A stretch of 64,000 nt of DNA, taken from assembly GCA_043228905.1 (NCBI GenBank), contig JBHGNT010000001.1:35464001-35528000 (forward strand), written 5' to 3'. Every line of letters starts with the position of its first letter. Positions within the stretch are counted from its first letter, which is position 1. The notes under the pieces were generated by a model, which was not told the origin of the DNA, did not search any database, and saw nothing but the letters and a program-made list of their open reading frames with translations. The stretch is from Azolla caroliniana (Eukaryota > Plantae > Polypodiophyta). This document shows, one piece after another, positions 48,101-61,600 of the stretch. A program made the position numbers and the translations under genes.

Positions 48101-49383
48101 AGTGGAATCTGCCCATGAGTTCATGCTGTTGTAGGTAAGTGGCGTCAATACCCTAGCTCTAATAGATGTTTTATATGTTCTGTGTTGTCTGTCCTGATTC
48201 AGCTCCTAAGTTCTCCAAAGATGTTGAAAGCATTGGTCTTCCAACTCATAGTATCACATTTTTAATTTTTGTCTTGGCATTGAAAAATCCTGTGATGAAT
48301 GCTTTTCCTCGACTTAATTATTGTGTAATTCCCTCAGATATAACATGTGATTGGTGTCGGACATGAGAAAAGAATGTATTTGACAATTTTTATCTTCCAC
48401 TTTGTACACGTTAACTTGCTGATAATTCCACATATGTAAATTGTATAGTGAGGTAGACAGATATATACCATGAAATTCTAGTGTTTCCTCATCCAATGGC
48501 CAATAAGCCAACAATATATTACTTTTATCTATGTTTTCAGTCATGGCACTGCCTGATTGCAGATTTGTTTTGAGGCTTCACCTGAGATTGACTGGACATT
48601 TGCAGTAAAAAGCAGTCTTGCCAAAGTAAAAATAGATGATATCTATCAAAGGTTAATTTACAGACATGAGTGGATGGCAAAAAGGATTAGGAGAGAATGG
48701 GGAATTATAAACCTCATAACTTGGTGGCTGGCAACATGTGGCAACAAGTGGGTTGCATTCTCATCTAAAGGAAATGAGTTTATCTCACAGGTTATGGCTG
48801 ATAAGAAAACATGAATAAATATTTACCTAGGCGATGCCTTAAGAAACAGGAATGTAGCTAGTAAAACTTGTTTTTTTTGCAGAATTTCAATGTAACATAG
48901 TGGGTATTGCTTTATCACTTCTGGAGTGACAAGATATATTTGCAGAGTGGACTTCTATAACTGGGTGTTCAATGAGTCTCTGCATAAATGGAGTCTGAAT
49001 TGGTTTTCCTTCATCACAGTCTCAGATAGTTTTTGAATTCTGAACATATTGTGGATGATGGCATAATTATGTGAAATACCTTGTATTCAACGCAGAGTTT
49101 GGGGTTGAGAAATATTAGAAGATAAAAAGGTTTGTTACTTCAGCAGTTCTTGTTGTTTGAAACTTCAAGGATGTTATTGCATGAGGAGACCCAAATATGT
49201 GAGTTGCTAGGACATCATGTTTGTCTTTGTCTTGGCCTTCTCTCTATACGGCTTCTTAAGTCTATAGGATCCTGACTGGGTTCTCAGTACATTTTACAAT
49301 TAATAAGTGGATTTGTCTTGGCCTTCAGAAGTGGTGTAACTAAGTGGATTTTACATACAATTAATATAATTGTGTGCTTTTAC

Positions 49384-49481
<98 letters not shown>

Positions 49482-51578
49482 GTTAAGCAGGCATTGAGTG
49501 CTCTAATGGAAAATCTGGATACGCGAGGAGTTCGTGAAGCTCACCTCCATGGAGTTTTACAGAAACTAGAGAAGCTTATCAGGCAAGGAATGAGGAAATT
49601 GTCTGCACATGACCAGAGATTGCTACTGAATGAAAGCGAACCACCGAGCACCAAGAACACTGTTTCTGCAAATACAGGATACCCATCAGAGAATGGAAGC
49701 TCAGGAAGTGACACTTTATTTCATGAAAGTGGAAATCTCAAATCGAGGGGGGCTATACAGATCCATATTCAAGCGGAAAGATACTGCATGCTTGAAAGAT
49801 ACAAGGAATTCGAGAAGTGGCTTTGGAGTAGGCAGACACCTGAACTTTCTGATCTGATTTCTATGAGGATGAGCAAGAAGAAGAGTTCTGAGCTTCTTAT
49901 CATATGTGAAACATGCCATGACCTATATTGGCCCTGGGAGAAGCAGTGTTCACGTTGTGATGCAATGCTCGGAGCTTCTGCAAAATTGGATACTAAGTTT
50001 AATCATCGTATTAATGAATGTATGAAGGAAGGAGCTGACACAGTTCCAGGTGGGAGAATGCGGAGTCCAGTAAAGTTACTTCCATCAAGACTTAAGCTTT
50101 TGAAGGTTCAGGTCCTTTCCATTGAGGTGAGTGCTCTTTATGTCGTTTCTATATGAACATGAAAAAATAGTCTTTCATCCGAGAGGAGAAATGTTCCCTC
50201 CAACAAAGTACTCTAATACCTGTTTCTAATGTTCCCTCCAAGATTATTTTCATACATTCATACTCTTATTATACATATATATATATATATATAGGCTGCT
50301 CTTCCAATGGAAGCAATGAACCCATCATGGGCAGAATCTCACCGTAAGGCATGGGGGGCCTCGTTGAAGCATGCTTCATCTGCAGGAGAACTTCTTCAGG
50401 TATTTTTTGTGTTGATCGATATCTTATCCTGGGCATAAATAAATATCTCATGGATCAATATGGTTTTGATAGAAACTCGTTCTTTATTAATCTGATCCTG
50501 TGTATATGTTTATTGTATAGATATTAACTGAGTTAGAGAGGGCGGTGAAAAGGGATTGGCTGTCATCTCCATATGAAACTACAGAAGAACTCTTGGAGCG
50601 TTCTGCCCGTGTAGATGCAGATGTTGCTACTGTTGGCTGTACTCTTCTTCCTTGGGTTCCTCGCACTACATCAGCTGTTGCTCTTCGGCTCATGGTGCTT
50701 GATTCTGCACTCTTTTATAATGCTGACCTAAAAAAGCAGAACACTGTTCGGCACAGCACAAATAAACTAGTATGGTTTCTGAACCCCTTTGTATTGAAGA
50801 AAACCCTTTGTGTACTTATTTCTTCCATTTATTTATCTTACACTGCATCATCTCATTTGGAAATCGTTTAAAAAAAATATAGGAACCTAGTTTGATCTCT
50901 TCCAAAGAAGTGGCAAATGTCGACACAAAAAAACTGCTTTCAGTTGAGGAAGGGATCAGCATTTCACAGAAAAATCGAGCTAAAGTTTCTGACGGTGCAT
51001 TATCTCATCAACCATTGTTAGTTAAGCTTTCGAGAGGCAGGTGTGTAAGTTCTGCTTCAGATAAAAACAATGTCTCAAATAGTCACACCAGAGGACGCGC
51101 CAAACACTCATTTCCACGCCATGAAGATCAGAGAGATGAGAAAACAAGACCTGAAGAAAATGATAATAAAGAGCATTGCAATGAGGATAATGGTCAAATA
51201 CATTATGAGACTGAAAAAGGCACAAGTGAAGATGGAAATGAAGAGGAGGAACTTGTAGTTGATGAATATGAGGAAGAGGAAGATGAACCTTCAGAGGAAT
51301 TTTATCAAGCGAAGGAGGAGCAAGTGCTTGCCACTGAAGAACCAGATACAGAGTCAATGGAAGAGGATATTAACGATGAGGATGAGGATGAGGATGAGGA
51401 TGAAGATGAAGATGAAGATGAAGATGTCAGGGATGCAGAACGAAAGCATAGGCAAATGCATGTTGGATGTGAACAGGACATGGATGAGCAAGAGCAAGAA
51501 GACGTTGGATGTGAAGTTGATGAAAATAATGAAGACAGATATGCAAGCGACAATTCTGATACCGACGAAAGCGACTAA
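42197..51578 (+). CDS. RLT1: Homeobox-DDT domain protein (RINGLET/RLT1-2-like ISWI partner), about 17 exons
   Basis: Homeodomain KRKMKTPLQLETLE...EKYPSE...QLKMWFCHRRLKER; DDT (WKFLIAFADVLGLWPFTLDEFVQAFHDY); HARE-HTH (LTPGTVKYAAFHV...SIAAALSRD); WHIM1 (EYSDLSVEERLNALVAL); WSD (PLGLDRRHNRYWQF); LLPWVPRTTSAVALRL; acidic tail. Confidence 0.93.
49387..49477. repeat. Long perfect (AG)n microsatellite just before an RLT splice acceptor
   Basis: About 45 AG units ending 13 nt before the AG acceptor at 49489-49490. Confidence 0.95.
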
Positions 51579-52242
51579 CTCAATGAACAAACAAACAAAC
51601 CAACTAACTAACTAACATTCATCTCGTCCCAAACACAAGATTTGCAAATGGCAAAGAAATTTTCTAACCAACATATTCCATTGTAGGCAGTGTACTATAC
51701 AAATTGTTCTCCCCCTTGGTTTTCTTTAATGTATAATGATTAGGATGAACGTATTATTAACTGATATGTGGTCTCAGGGGAACTGATGAGTTATATAAAA
51801 CAGTTACCATTAGTTTTTCTCTAAACTTTTAACAATTTTTTTGGAAACAAATTCGCCATTTCTATACTCGCAAAAGCTGTGATGAAATTCATGTACAGAT
51901 TCGTCTTAGCATTCGTGTATATCCCTTGTCTAAAGTTTAAACAAAGGACTGTTGGTTTGTCAGTATAAAAAAGTGAGATGTGGTGGTATAACATGCTATT
52001 GAATTTAACCTTAAAGATGATATTAGAACTTTTGGAAGGTTTGAAAACATGAATGATGATAGTAATGCATGTAAATGGGCTAGCTCACTACTTCTATGCC
52101 TTAATGATAAAAAAATTGGGATTGGAACCAACATTTTGCATCAGAAAAAATACCTCATTGGGAAAGTATCCAATATTTCATGGAGAGGCAGAACACATAG
52201 AAGGGCCTTATTACTTCACTTGAGATTGTGTTGAGAAGACTT

Positions 52243-53157
52243 TTGTTTTTGACAAAAAGATACACCCTAGTATTATAAAATCATAAGAAAATACGAAAGT
52301 TGTGTAGGATATACCAACCGATTCCCTTGTACTCTCATCATGGTCGATTTGATGTGTATCTACAATAACCACACATAGTTTTTTGTACATTGATGTTCAA
52401 TATTACTTGCTTTCTCCAAGCCCTGAGCTTGGGTTCATGACCCTTGATTTGTGAACTCAAGTTCCCCTAGATCTATGCATTATGGGCAGAAATTTCATTG
52501 CATGTTCATCAACATCCATAATATATTCATGTTCATAGGTTGTAGATTTAGGTTCCCTTATATACAACCACCATCAATATAGAAATCCATGTTAATCTCA
52601 TTAGTAAATGCATCCATGACATGCTCATTGATATAGATATTAATGGTATGTTAATGTTTATGAGTTGTTAAAACCCACCAGATCTATCAACTCATCCATG
52701 ATCAATATTGGCATCCATAGTATGCTCATTAACATAGACATCCATGGCATGTTCATATTCTTGCTTTCCCCAAGAATCATGTTTTATTCTGATCATGTTT
52801 TAGATTATTATTTTTTCATCCTCTAACATAGCAGCACTTCCAAATATATCAGCCATACGAACATATGCCGCCGCACCATTATTATCTAGTTGTATGGCTT
52901 GATCAAAAGACAATCTCCCAAGCTTCACATTTCCCCATTCCCTACAAGCGCCCAATAGTGAAATCCCTATGGCTGAATACTCAAAAAATGGCATTGCTTT
53001 GATCACTGAAATAGCCTTATCAAATTGCCCCCCACATCCAAATACTACAACCATGCAATTAAGATGCTCTATGTTTGGAGAAATACAATATTTTGTAGTC
53101 ATAATCTCAAAAAGCCCAAAGTGAGCACTTGCAGTCAACACACATAATAATGTTATG
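52243..53157 (-). pseudogene. 5'-truncated processed retrocopy of a PLS-class PPR gene (last repeats plus E domain), flanked by a 17-bp target-site duplication
   Basis: ORF 53141-52800 reads (ITLLCV)LTASAHFGL...YCISPNIEHLNCMV...GQFDKAISVIKAMP...SLLGACREWGNVKLGRLSFDQAIQLD...AAYVRMADIF, a PPR L2/S2/E signature. TTGTGTTGAGAAGACTT occurs at 52226-52242 and 53158-53174. A short A-rich tail sits at the 3' end. Confidence 0.85.
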
Positions 53158-54427
53158 TTGTGTTGAGAAGACTTAGTTCGCTTTGATGATAGATTGTGTC
53201 ATCTTGGTTAGTTTTAAGATACAATTGCGTTGTTTTCATGTTGTTCAACTATACGAGTGCGGTGTTAGAGAAATCACATATTATGGTGATGTATTCCGAC
53301 AAACATAGTAAATAAAGTCGAAGATCATATGGGTGTTCTTCCATTCAACCTTTGTAAAAAAGGTCGGTATTTACAACGGGAGAATGAAGATCGTGGCGTC
53401 ATGGTGGATTGTTATCAATAATGCTTAGTCATTTAAATGCTCATAATCTAGTATTTTACATTGTTTTGGAAATTTTGTCAATTTGTTATTTGACACCAAG
53501 AGACTTAGTGTTTGCACAATTCACATAGTTTGATGTGGGAAGACGGAGATTGTTTTCCTCTTTCTAAGATATTGAACATTATGTCTTAATTGGGATATGC
53601 GTAAAGCATATTTATTCAATGATATACATGGGATGGGTCTTAGAGCATATCTACAAAAATTGAAAGCACTATTGATGTTGCCATATTGAGCAAGTAGAAA
53701 TTCTTTCCTAGATGGACTGTTGTTTGTCTTGCCTTTTGGTGATTTAACATGTCCCACTATGTACCCATTCGAAGGTGATACCACTCAGTTTGTGGTACTG
53801 GTGTAATTTGTTTCACACATTATTTATTGATATGTGGTGTTTTCACTAGATCAAGAAGATTATTGGAGACTATGGAGCCTTGTATTCGATACATGGATGT
53901 ATGGCATGAAGTTTAACAACGAGTGATATACTGAATTGTGAAGGTATAAGAGAGTAAAGGAGTTGACCCGGTGCTGATATATTACAGTAGTAGCCAAGGG
54001 CGATCGGGGTAAGGTGCCGACTATGAGGGCGAAAGGAAAAGAAGAGACGGACAGAGAAGAATCGTCGACATCTTGTATTGGATACATATATATATGTATT
54101 CTCAAGGTATGAAGAAGGAAGCAAACCCCTCCGGGGCCACGATGATGAGATGAGATAGAGGCCGGCCAAACTACACTTCTAAGTTCCAAGTTCCCCTTGA
54201 TTAAGGGTATAGGTGTGAACGCGGCCTTCCCACAACAGGTCTTTTTTTATTAAGCCTCCCCCTCCTTCTGTCGGTATATCCCTGCCGCCTTCCATCTTCC
54301 TTCCTGGGTGTAGTCGTATTTAGGGTTCCCACGACGCAGAACACCCGCAGCAGAGAGAGCTTTCGTCCGTGCCTTCTTCTCCTCCTCCACTTCCTACCTT
54401 TCGATCTTCTTCCTTCTATCCATCATC

Positions 54428-55805
54428 ATGCCTCGTCGCAGCAGCGGTGCGTCAAGCGGAGGTATGTCCCATCTCTATTTTCTGCCTTCATGCTTTCTTT
54501 TTAGGGTTCATCAAGAGTACACAACTCTGTTGATTGTTTCACTGTTTTGTAAGTTCCTTCTCTTTCACTGTTTGATGTTAGGGTTGCATTTTCTGTCTTA
54601 CACTGCTTCTGTAACTTTAATATGATCAGAAATTTCTGTTTTTTGTATATGCACAATTACGGTTTCGTATGAAGACACACAGAAACTTCTTTGTTTTTCC
54701 GCATGCATATTGATATCATGGATGTTTGATCAACATCGTTTCCCATAGACACGAATTCTTGTCTGCGGAAAGTAAAACTTCTTCATGTCTAGGCTCTACT
54801 TGTTATATTTTTCCGCTGAAAGAATAACTTCCTAACTCTAGGCAATATGTCGATTCTCTCAGTTTTATCCCCCGAAGATATAGTTGTAGAAATAGATAAA
54901 ACATCGTTTATCATGTTTATCTGTCAAGAAAAACTTTCTCATCTTTAAGGCTATATGTTATCAAATTTCTCAAGTCTATCCTTGAAAATACAGTTTTAGC
55001 TCTATTCAAGTGACTAGTCTATGAAAAACCTGTCTTTTGCGATCTTTTTTTGACGGTTTTCTAACATCTTTTGTTCCCATTCTTTAATGCTTCCAGGGAG
55101 ATCATCAATGCGTCCTGCACCTCGCCCAGTGCGCTCTTCTCCACCTCCGAAGCCTGGTTTGTTTGATGTTGATTTTTTCTTTTGAACTTCTAAATATTTT
55201 TTCTTAAGATATTTTTAGTAAGCCTAATACATTTTTTAACTATAGTACAACAAGCGCCTCCACCAGCACCTGTTCAAGCAAGTGGTGGTGGTGGATCGAT
55301 GCTGGGTGGACTTGGTGCTACCATTGCTCAAGGTATGGCCTTTGGCACTGGTAGTGCGATTGCCCACAGAGCTGTGGATGGAATTATGGGGCCTCGAACT
55401 GTTACCCATGAACATGTGACATCGGATGGTCAAGCTTCTTCTGGACCCATGGAATCACCTCATTTGACTACTGTTAGTGGAGCTGATGCATGTGCTAACC
55501 AAACCAAGTCTTTCCAAGATGTAATTTTTGCTCTTGTTTATTACTTATCTTCTAAATATATGTTCTTTTTATAATTGTATTGTTTTATAAGAATGTTTCG
55601 ATTTTCTACTCTATAGTGTATCAATGCGTATGGGAGTGACATTGGGAAATGCCAGTTTTACATCGATATGCTTAATGAATGCCGAAGGGGACCATCCTCA
55701 TCCAGTAAGTCATTAACTTGTATAGTGCCATGTATTTTTTGCAGATTGACATGAATGATTTTTTGACAAATGTCTTGCTATTTTTTACTTTCAGTGACCT
55801 TGTAG
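54428..55805 (+). CDS. CHCH-domain mitochondrial protein (CHCHD2/CHCHD10/Mix17-like); exons approx 54428-54461, 55097-55156, 55245-55520, 55617-55703, 55795-55805
   Basis: MPRRSSG N-terminus, Pro-rich linker, GATIAQGMAFGTGSAIAHRAVD motif, twin CX9C (CANQTKSFQDC...CQFYIDMLNEC). Confidence 0.92.
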
Positions 55806-57429
55806 GGTTGGAGGTGAAACCTAGAATAAAGCTTGATGAATGGAACAGTATAAGTTATTGGTGATAACAATGGATTTTGGAAATTTGTCCAGAACAGTGG
55901 ATTGAAATTTGAACTGCTTTGAATATTGAGTTCTGTTTGTCATCTAGATTGTTACATTTTGGGCTTCTTTGGTACTGTTAAAGTTCAAAGGTGAAATGAT
56001 CTATTTGGAAGTTTTATACCTGGAAAATTTGAACCCTTTTTGCGTCTGATTTTATGTATTTAGTGTTATTACTGTTCATTCTATTTTCTGGTACCTATAT
56101 GTTACTGTTATTACTGTTCATTCTATTACATTTTAATATATGCTAAATTATGCTATGTATGTTTATCTGTTTCAATGGGAGATTATTAAGGTGGTTTTGT
56201 ACTATATTAAATATGCATTTCAAATATGTCTATCTTTAGCAATAGGATTGCTTTAAAAACATCCAACAAACTGTATATGTTCATATGGAAGACGAAGCTG
56301 GTTCCCATGTGTTCTGACCCTAACCATAAATTTTCCTGTGGTGGTTTTCTACACATGAGTATATTACTTAGCCACGAACTGCCATGGGATAAGTTATGGT
56401 TATGCTTGTAACACCATGAAAGAAAATGTTAGAGCTGATTGGGATGTCCTGTATTTCTTATTCTTCAAGAATTTGCAAGATGTCGTTTGCAAAAGAGTTG
56501 AGCATAAAAGATATGATAACAATGAGGGCAATGGTGGCTAACTACGTTTGAAGAACTACAAGATGTGATGCGTAAAAGCTACTTCGACTGCTGGCAAAGC
56601 TAGGAGTACAAATAGTAGGCTGCTGCATTTGACATACGTTGTCCAACTATCAAGCTTTTTGCATTCCTAGCCTGGTTCCAACCTTGTCAAATATTTCCAA
56701 ATGTCATGATTATTTTTCTAGCATTTCTTATCATGGTTCTTGAGAAGATGATACAACTTACTAATATCATGAAGAGTTTTTTTTCACAACCCAAAATAAG
56801 CTATAATATAAAAGAACTTTATCCACAATTTGCTATGAAAACCTAGGATCTTATCTTGATAGTTAATCAATGCGCCTCTTCTAAGAGACTGAATCAGTGT
56901 TAATCCAAGATGCACCAGATATAAGCCTCAGTATGAAAGACACATTACCCTTGGAATTGATTGCATGTAATCAATGATAGTACTTCGGCTTCATTCATGA
57001 AGCAAATATTTACATTCCTAACTTAGCTAATTCTGATTATAATCTATGCAATTCACATGGTCACACTGCACACATATTTTATCATGCGATACACTCTAAA
57101 ATTCAAAACCCCAGTCCCCACTACAATGACGAATTTGTTAAAAACCCCACAACCCAACGTTGCCATTGATTGTGAGATAAATTTGTCCATGCATGTTGGC
57201 TGCCCACATGGACTATATGACCTCAACACCATTATTATCACCAAATCAAACTAAACATAAAGACAACTTTCTCCATTTTGAGATTTCTCTATCTTGGAGA
57301 CATTGATGCACACATTTACAAAATAATATTCTTAAAGTCATTGTGTGGATGCTTTGTAAGTACTTACTTAGTTTAACTCTTTTAAACATGGTACTTTAGA
57401 TAGGTATAGTTGTTTTACTCGAATTGTTT

Positions 57430-57790
57430 TCATTAAAGAGATAATTAGACTCCTAATTGAGAATAATTAAGGTAACTATGTTAATAGAAGCATTTGAGAA
57501 TAAGCATGTCCCATACCATGCAATGTGATGCATGAAGTATCTAAAATTTCTTGCTGATTGAAATGCATGAGATATTAAATCACTCAATATGCACACCTAA
57601 ACCCACATTCATCTCATTAAAGAGATAATTGTATCCCTCTAAACAATCATAGACTACCTAATTGAGGATAATGACAGTAACTATCTCAATAAAAGGATTT
57701 GAGAATAAGCATAACCATTCAATCTGATGCACAAAGCCTCCAAATTTTCATGCTGCTTAATATGCATGTGACTTTAAATCCTCAATATGC
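57430..57790. repeat. Imperfect ~185-bp tandem duplication
   Basis: TCATTAAAGAGATAATT...AGACT.CCTAATTGAG.ATAAT...GTAACTAT...ATTTGAGAATAAGCAT...AAAT..CTCAATATGCA occurs twice. Confidence 0.8.
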
Positions 57791-58644
57791 ATCCCACATA
57801 CTAAAAATCGTTTACATATAAAATTCTTTTGAATATAAAGTTTAAATAGATTAATAGAAAACTGTATGTAGTCCACAATTATCATTACCAAGTTCAACTA
57901 AAAACACTTCCTCATGCATCTGTCGCAAACCTAAAATGGGGGACATGGCACAAAAAATTGCTTAATCCAGTTCTGCCATTGAACTTTGCTAGAGAATTAT
58001 CATTGTCAAGAAATATTGGTACCCCAATACAAAGTGAGTAATTTGAATAAAGCATCTCTGAAAATGTTTCGAAGAGGATAAGATTTTGGGAGCCATTTTA
58101 TAAAGCATCTCTCAAAGTCATTGATGTCAAAGAATGGCAAATCAAGATCAATCACCTCAGGATAACAAATGAATGACATCACAGATCAGATAAATGACTC
58201 GATTAGAATATCAACCATGATGACAAACACCATCTGATAACTGTTTCTAGGGAAATTTTCATTCAGACATACTGGCAATACTTATGATTGTATATAAGTG
58301 ATTCAAAAGGTAATGCAGCATTGCTACAAAGTCTATGCAATACTCAAATCTCTGCACATTGAATGCAGCTGTTGTAATATCAATTCATCCTGAATGCCCA
58401 AGTATACTAAATAAAAATCACCCAACGTGAGACTGCATTCTTTTTTCTTCATGTGAGAAAATATCTTTTTTATAAGGTCACAGGACTTTTTAGAATATCC
58501 AATAACACTTATTAATATCACTTCCAACTATTTTCCCTGATGCTCGTTCCTGCTATGACGAACCCATACAGCCTCTTCTTTTGCACAATACCAAATCATT
58601 GAGAATGGTGATAATCAGCATCACGCATACATTAAAATAATATT

Positions 58645-61600
58645 TCACATGAAATCTTCTTCCAATTCTTGGAGTGATTTCCCTTTGCTCGCAATATCCT
58701 TGTTAGATGTCATCTTCTCAGAAACCATTAATCCTTTGTAGCTCCTTATCTCAGCCTGCTTTTCCTTCTCCATTCGATCCATCTCATCCCTTCGTTTCTG
58801 AGAAGTTATAATATAAACTATAGCTTTATTTCCATAAAGCTAAAACAAGAAAGCAGAAAGGGAGAACAAAAGAAAAACTATTGCTACCTTGTCCTTCAAG
58901 ATAGCCTTTTTCTTAGCACGCTCAGCTGCATCATATGCTTCCCTTTCAGCTGTAAAAAAAATCATGATCAGAACTGCAGTTTCCTGTCTAATATAAACAT
59001 TGTATGAGTAAAATCTGCCTGCAACCGATAGATGCAAGCACAAATAAACAGAAGCTGAATGAAAAACATAATATCTCCCACCTATAAGTTAATCCAGTAT
59101 TGATATGGATTCAATTTGATTTAGTTATTCTAAAGCTACATGTATAGTCCAAGTTTCTGAACTATTAGAAGGTAAAAAAATAAACCATTATCAGAATAAC
59201 ATGCTAAGGCATAATGGGCCAGGTATTATTCTAGCATGTCATCTTACCACATTTTTATACATGTTATCATTTGTATCAATGAATAGTAGCCCTGTGTGTA
59301 TGTAGGACCCTGAATACATATATGTATGTAAGGACATTGAATATGTATGATCAATTTTAAAAGTCTCTCGTAGATTAATGGAACTTGTAACCATCTAGCT
59401 ACAGACACAATATTGACTACATATATGAAAGCATTGCTTTTATACAAAGATAAGAGACTTTCCTATCTCTATCCTTTCAGAATTCATCAAATGCATAGGC
59501 AATGCATAACATTGTGCATTCACAGAAATGTCTTGTTGCATATATTAAATCCCACCCTCCATTGTTCAAAAGAACTCCTTCATTGGATTTTTTGCACCTA
59601 GAAAACTTCCTCAAGCTTCAGACAAACAAGATCTGTTGATATACTTAATATAAATCAGGAGTCAAGTCCTGTTATTGCTTTTCTGTGAATATATAATCTC
59701 TGTCTTTCATAATTACTACTGAGATGTTTGAGAAATTCTTGACGAAATATTTTAACTGTTTTGAAAGCTTTATGCAGGTTTTCCAAAACCTTTTTCAAAT
59801 TCAGGATGCTATAAAATGTCGGTTAAGGTGATATGTTTCCATTCTATTAATCTACAATCCCACCTACTTCATATAAAACTGGACAATGTCAAGTCAACTT
59901 AGGCTTCTCCATAAGCCATGCGTATGTATCACACAGATGCATTGCATTAAATGCATGCTAAGAATTGGCAAAAAGCATGAAATCATGAAATAAAGACAAC
60001 TTAATTGTAGTCTTATCAAAAGTATTTCTTAATGATGGAAATAACTTAACAAAGAAACAGTGTACCTTTCAAGTCTGTTGTTCTTTCCACCTTTGTTTTA
60101 TTGAGTCTGTTTACAACTTCATTAATGCGCTTTTCCACTCTTACTGTTCGAACCTATAAAAGCATGTAACCATTGACCAAAAAACAACTAAAACTTAACC
60201 ACATTATTTGCTGAAGCAAACCAGCCAAGAAGCAACTAAATCTTGACCACCAAACCCCTTGAACAATTAAAATCCAGCAAAAGAATTTCAGAAAACAATA
60301 TGAACTACATTAGAAGACCTGCAGAAGGCCAGAACAGGTGATTATCATCAATATTTTAAGACGATCCTGGATTTTCTTCTAGAAACAATTCTGTATATAA
60401 TGAGAATGGAATTTTATACTACCTCGGCATATGAAAACCAATAATAGTAAGTGATGATGATAGTACTAACTCTCTCCATTTTCCTACTTTCTGTTGGTGA
60501 GGCTAATAATAGAAACTTTCTATATAGTTGATCATATCTCAGAAATAAACATGGAAGTTTTATCGATGGAGAGAGCATATGCCAATCAAGCTAAGGAAGG
60601 AAGGATCACACTCATCCACTTAGTTGAGTTGAGAAACTAGCTCTCAAAGCTCAGTATGGTCACTAATTATGGATCAATACGAGATTAAGATTAAAACTTA
60701 CAGAGAAGAAGAGCCTAAGGCAAAACTTGGAATTGAGCAATATTTGCCCACTTTCCTCATAAAATACGGCTTTTATATATGGATTTAGTTTCACGACACA
60801 TAGTGGACAATACAAGGTCTTTAGGCATGTCCATGGAAAATTAAAAAGGGATTCTCCTTTATGGGTCAGTTACTACAAGAAAACATGGAAAATATATAAA
60901 GCCATGCTTTTGTAAGTATTTGGCATGTATATGACTCAAATAGCTATCAAATGAGCATTTACTTGCCCGTATATTTAGGCAGCTCAAATTCATTAAGATG
61001 TGACAAATTTAATAGAAGAGAAAATTCCATCAAGTACGATGCATTTGTCGATGTAGTCAAAGCGATGGAGGAACCGCATGGGTGTCCAGATGGGAGCTTG
61101 GGCATCAGTCACCCGCCATTGCTAATTTTCCCATTAAAAATATACCATGATTTACATTACAAAATGAGCTGAACCCAGTTATTCATGTTTTACCAACACA
61201 CTTGTTTGCTTGAAATGCCGTGGACACTGAATAACACAAGATACTCGTGACTGTGCATGAAAAAGCGCAATAAGGGAAGGATCACTTACAAGTTTAGGAT
61301 TGTGAAATCCAACTTGGCCCACATCCATTGATGCTGTCTTTCTAAGATTGTACCAAGGTGTATAAACAACATCTACGTTATTTAATTTGTTACCTACAAT
61401 TTGAAACAAACGGACCAACCACTGATCATATTTTCGAGATAACTTACAGATCAACAAGTTTGATACTTCATTTGCTGTATCTAAAAGTACTTGAATATGT
61501 CTCACCTTGAATAGAGTTCGCCTTCACTAATTGAGCACAATCCTCCAGGAGTTCGGGAGTGATACTCTCGATTGTCTGGCCCTTTTGTAACCGAAGATAA

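Noticed and set aside
51022-51615. Alternative-frame ORFs with MRMRM and poly-Ser runs
   Set aside because: Shadow frames of the (GATGAG/GATGAA)n acidic tail of RLT.
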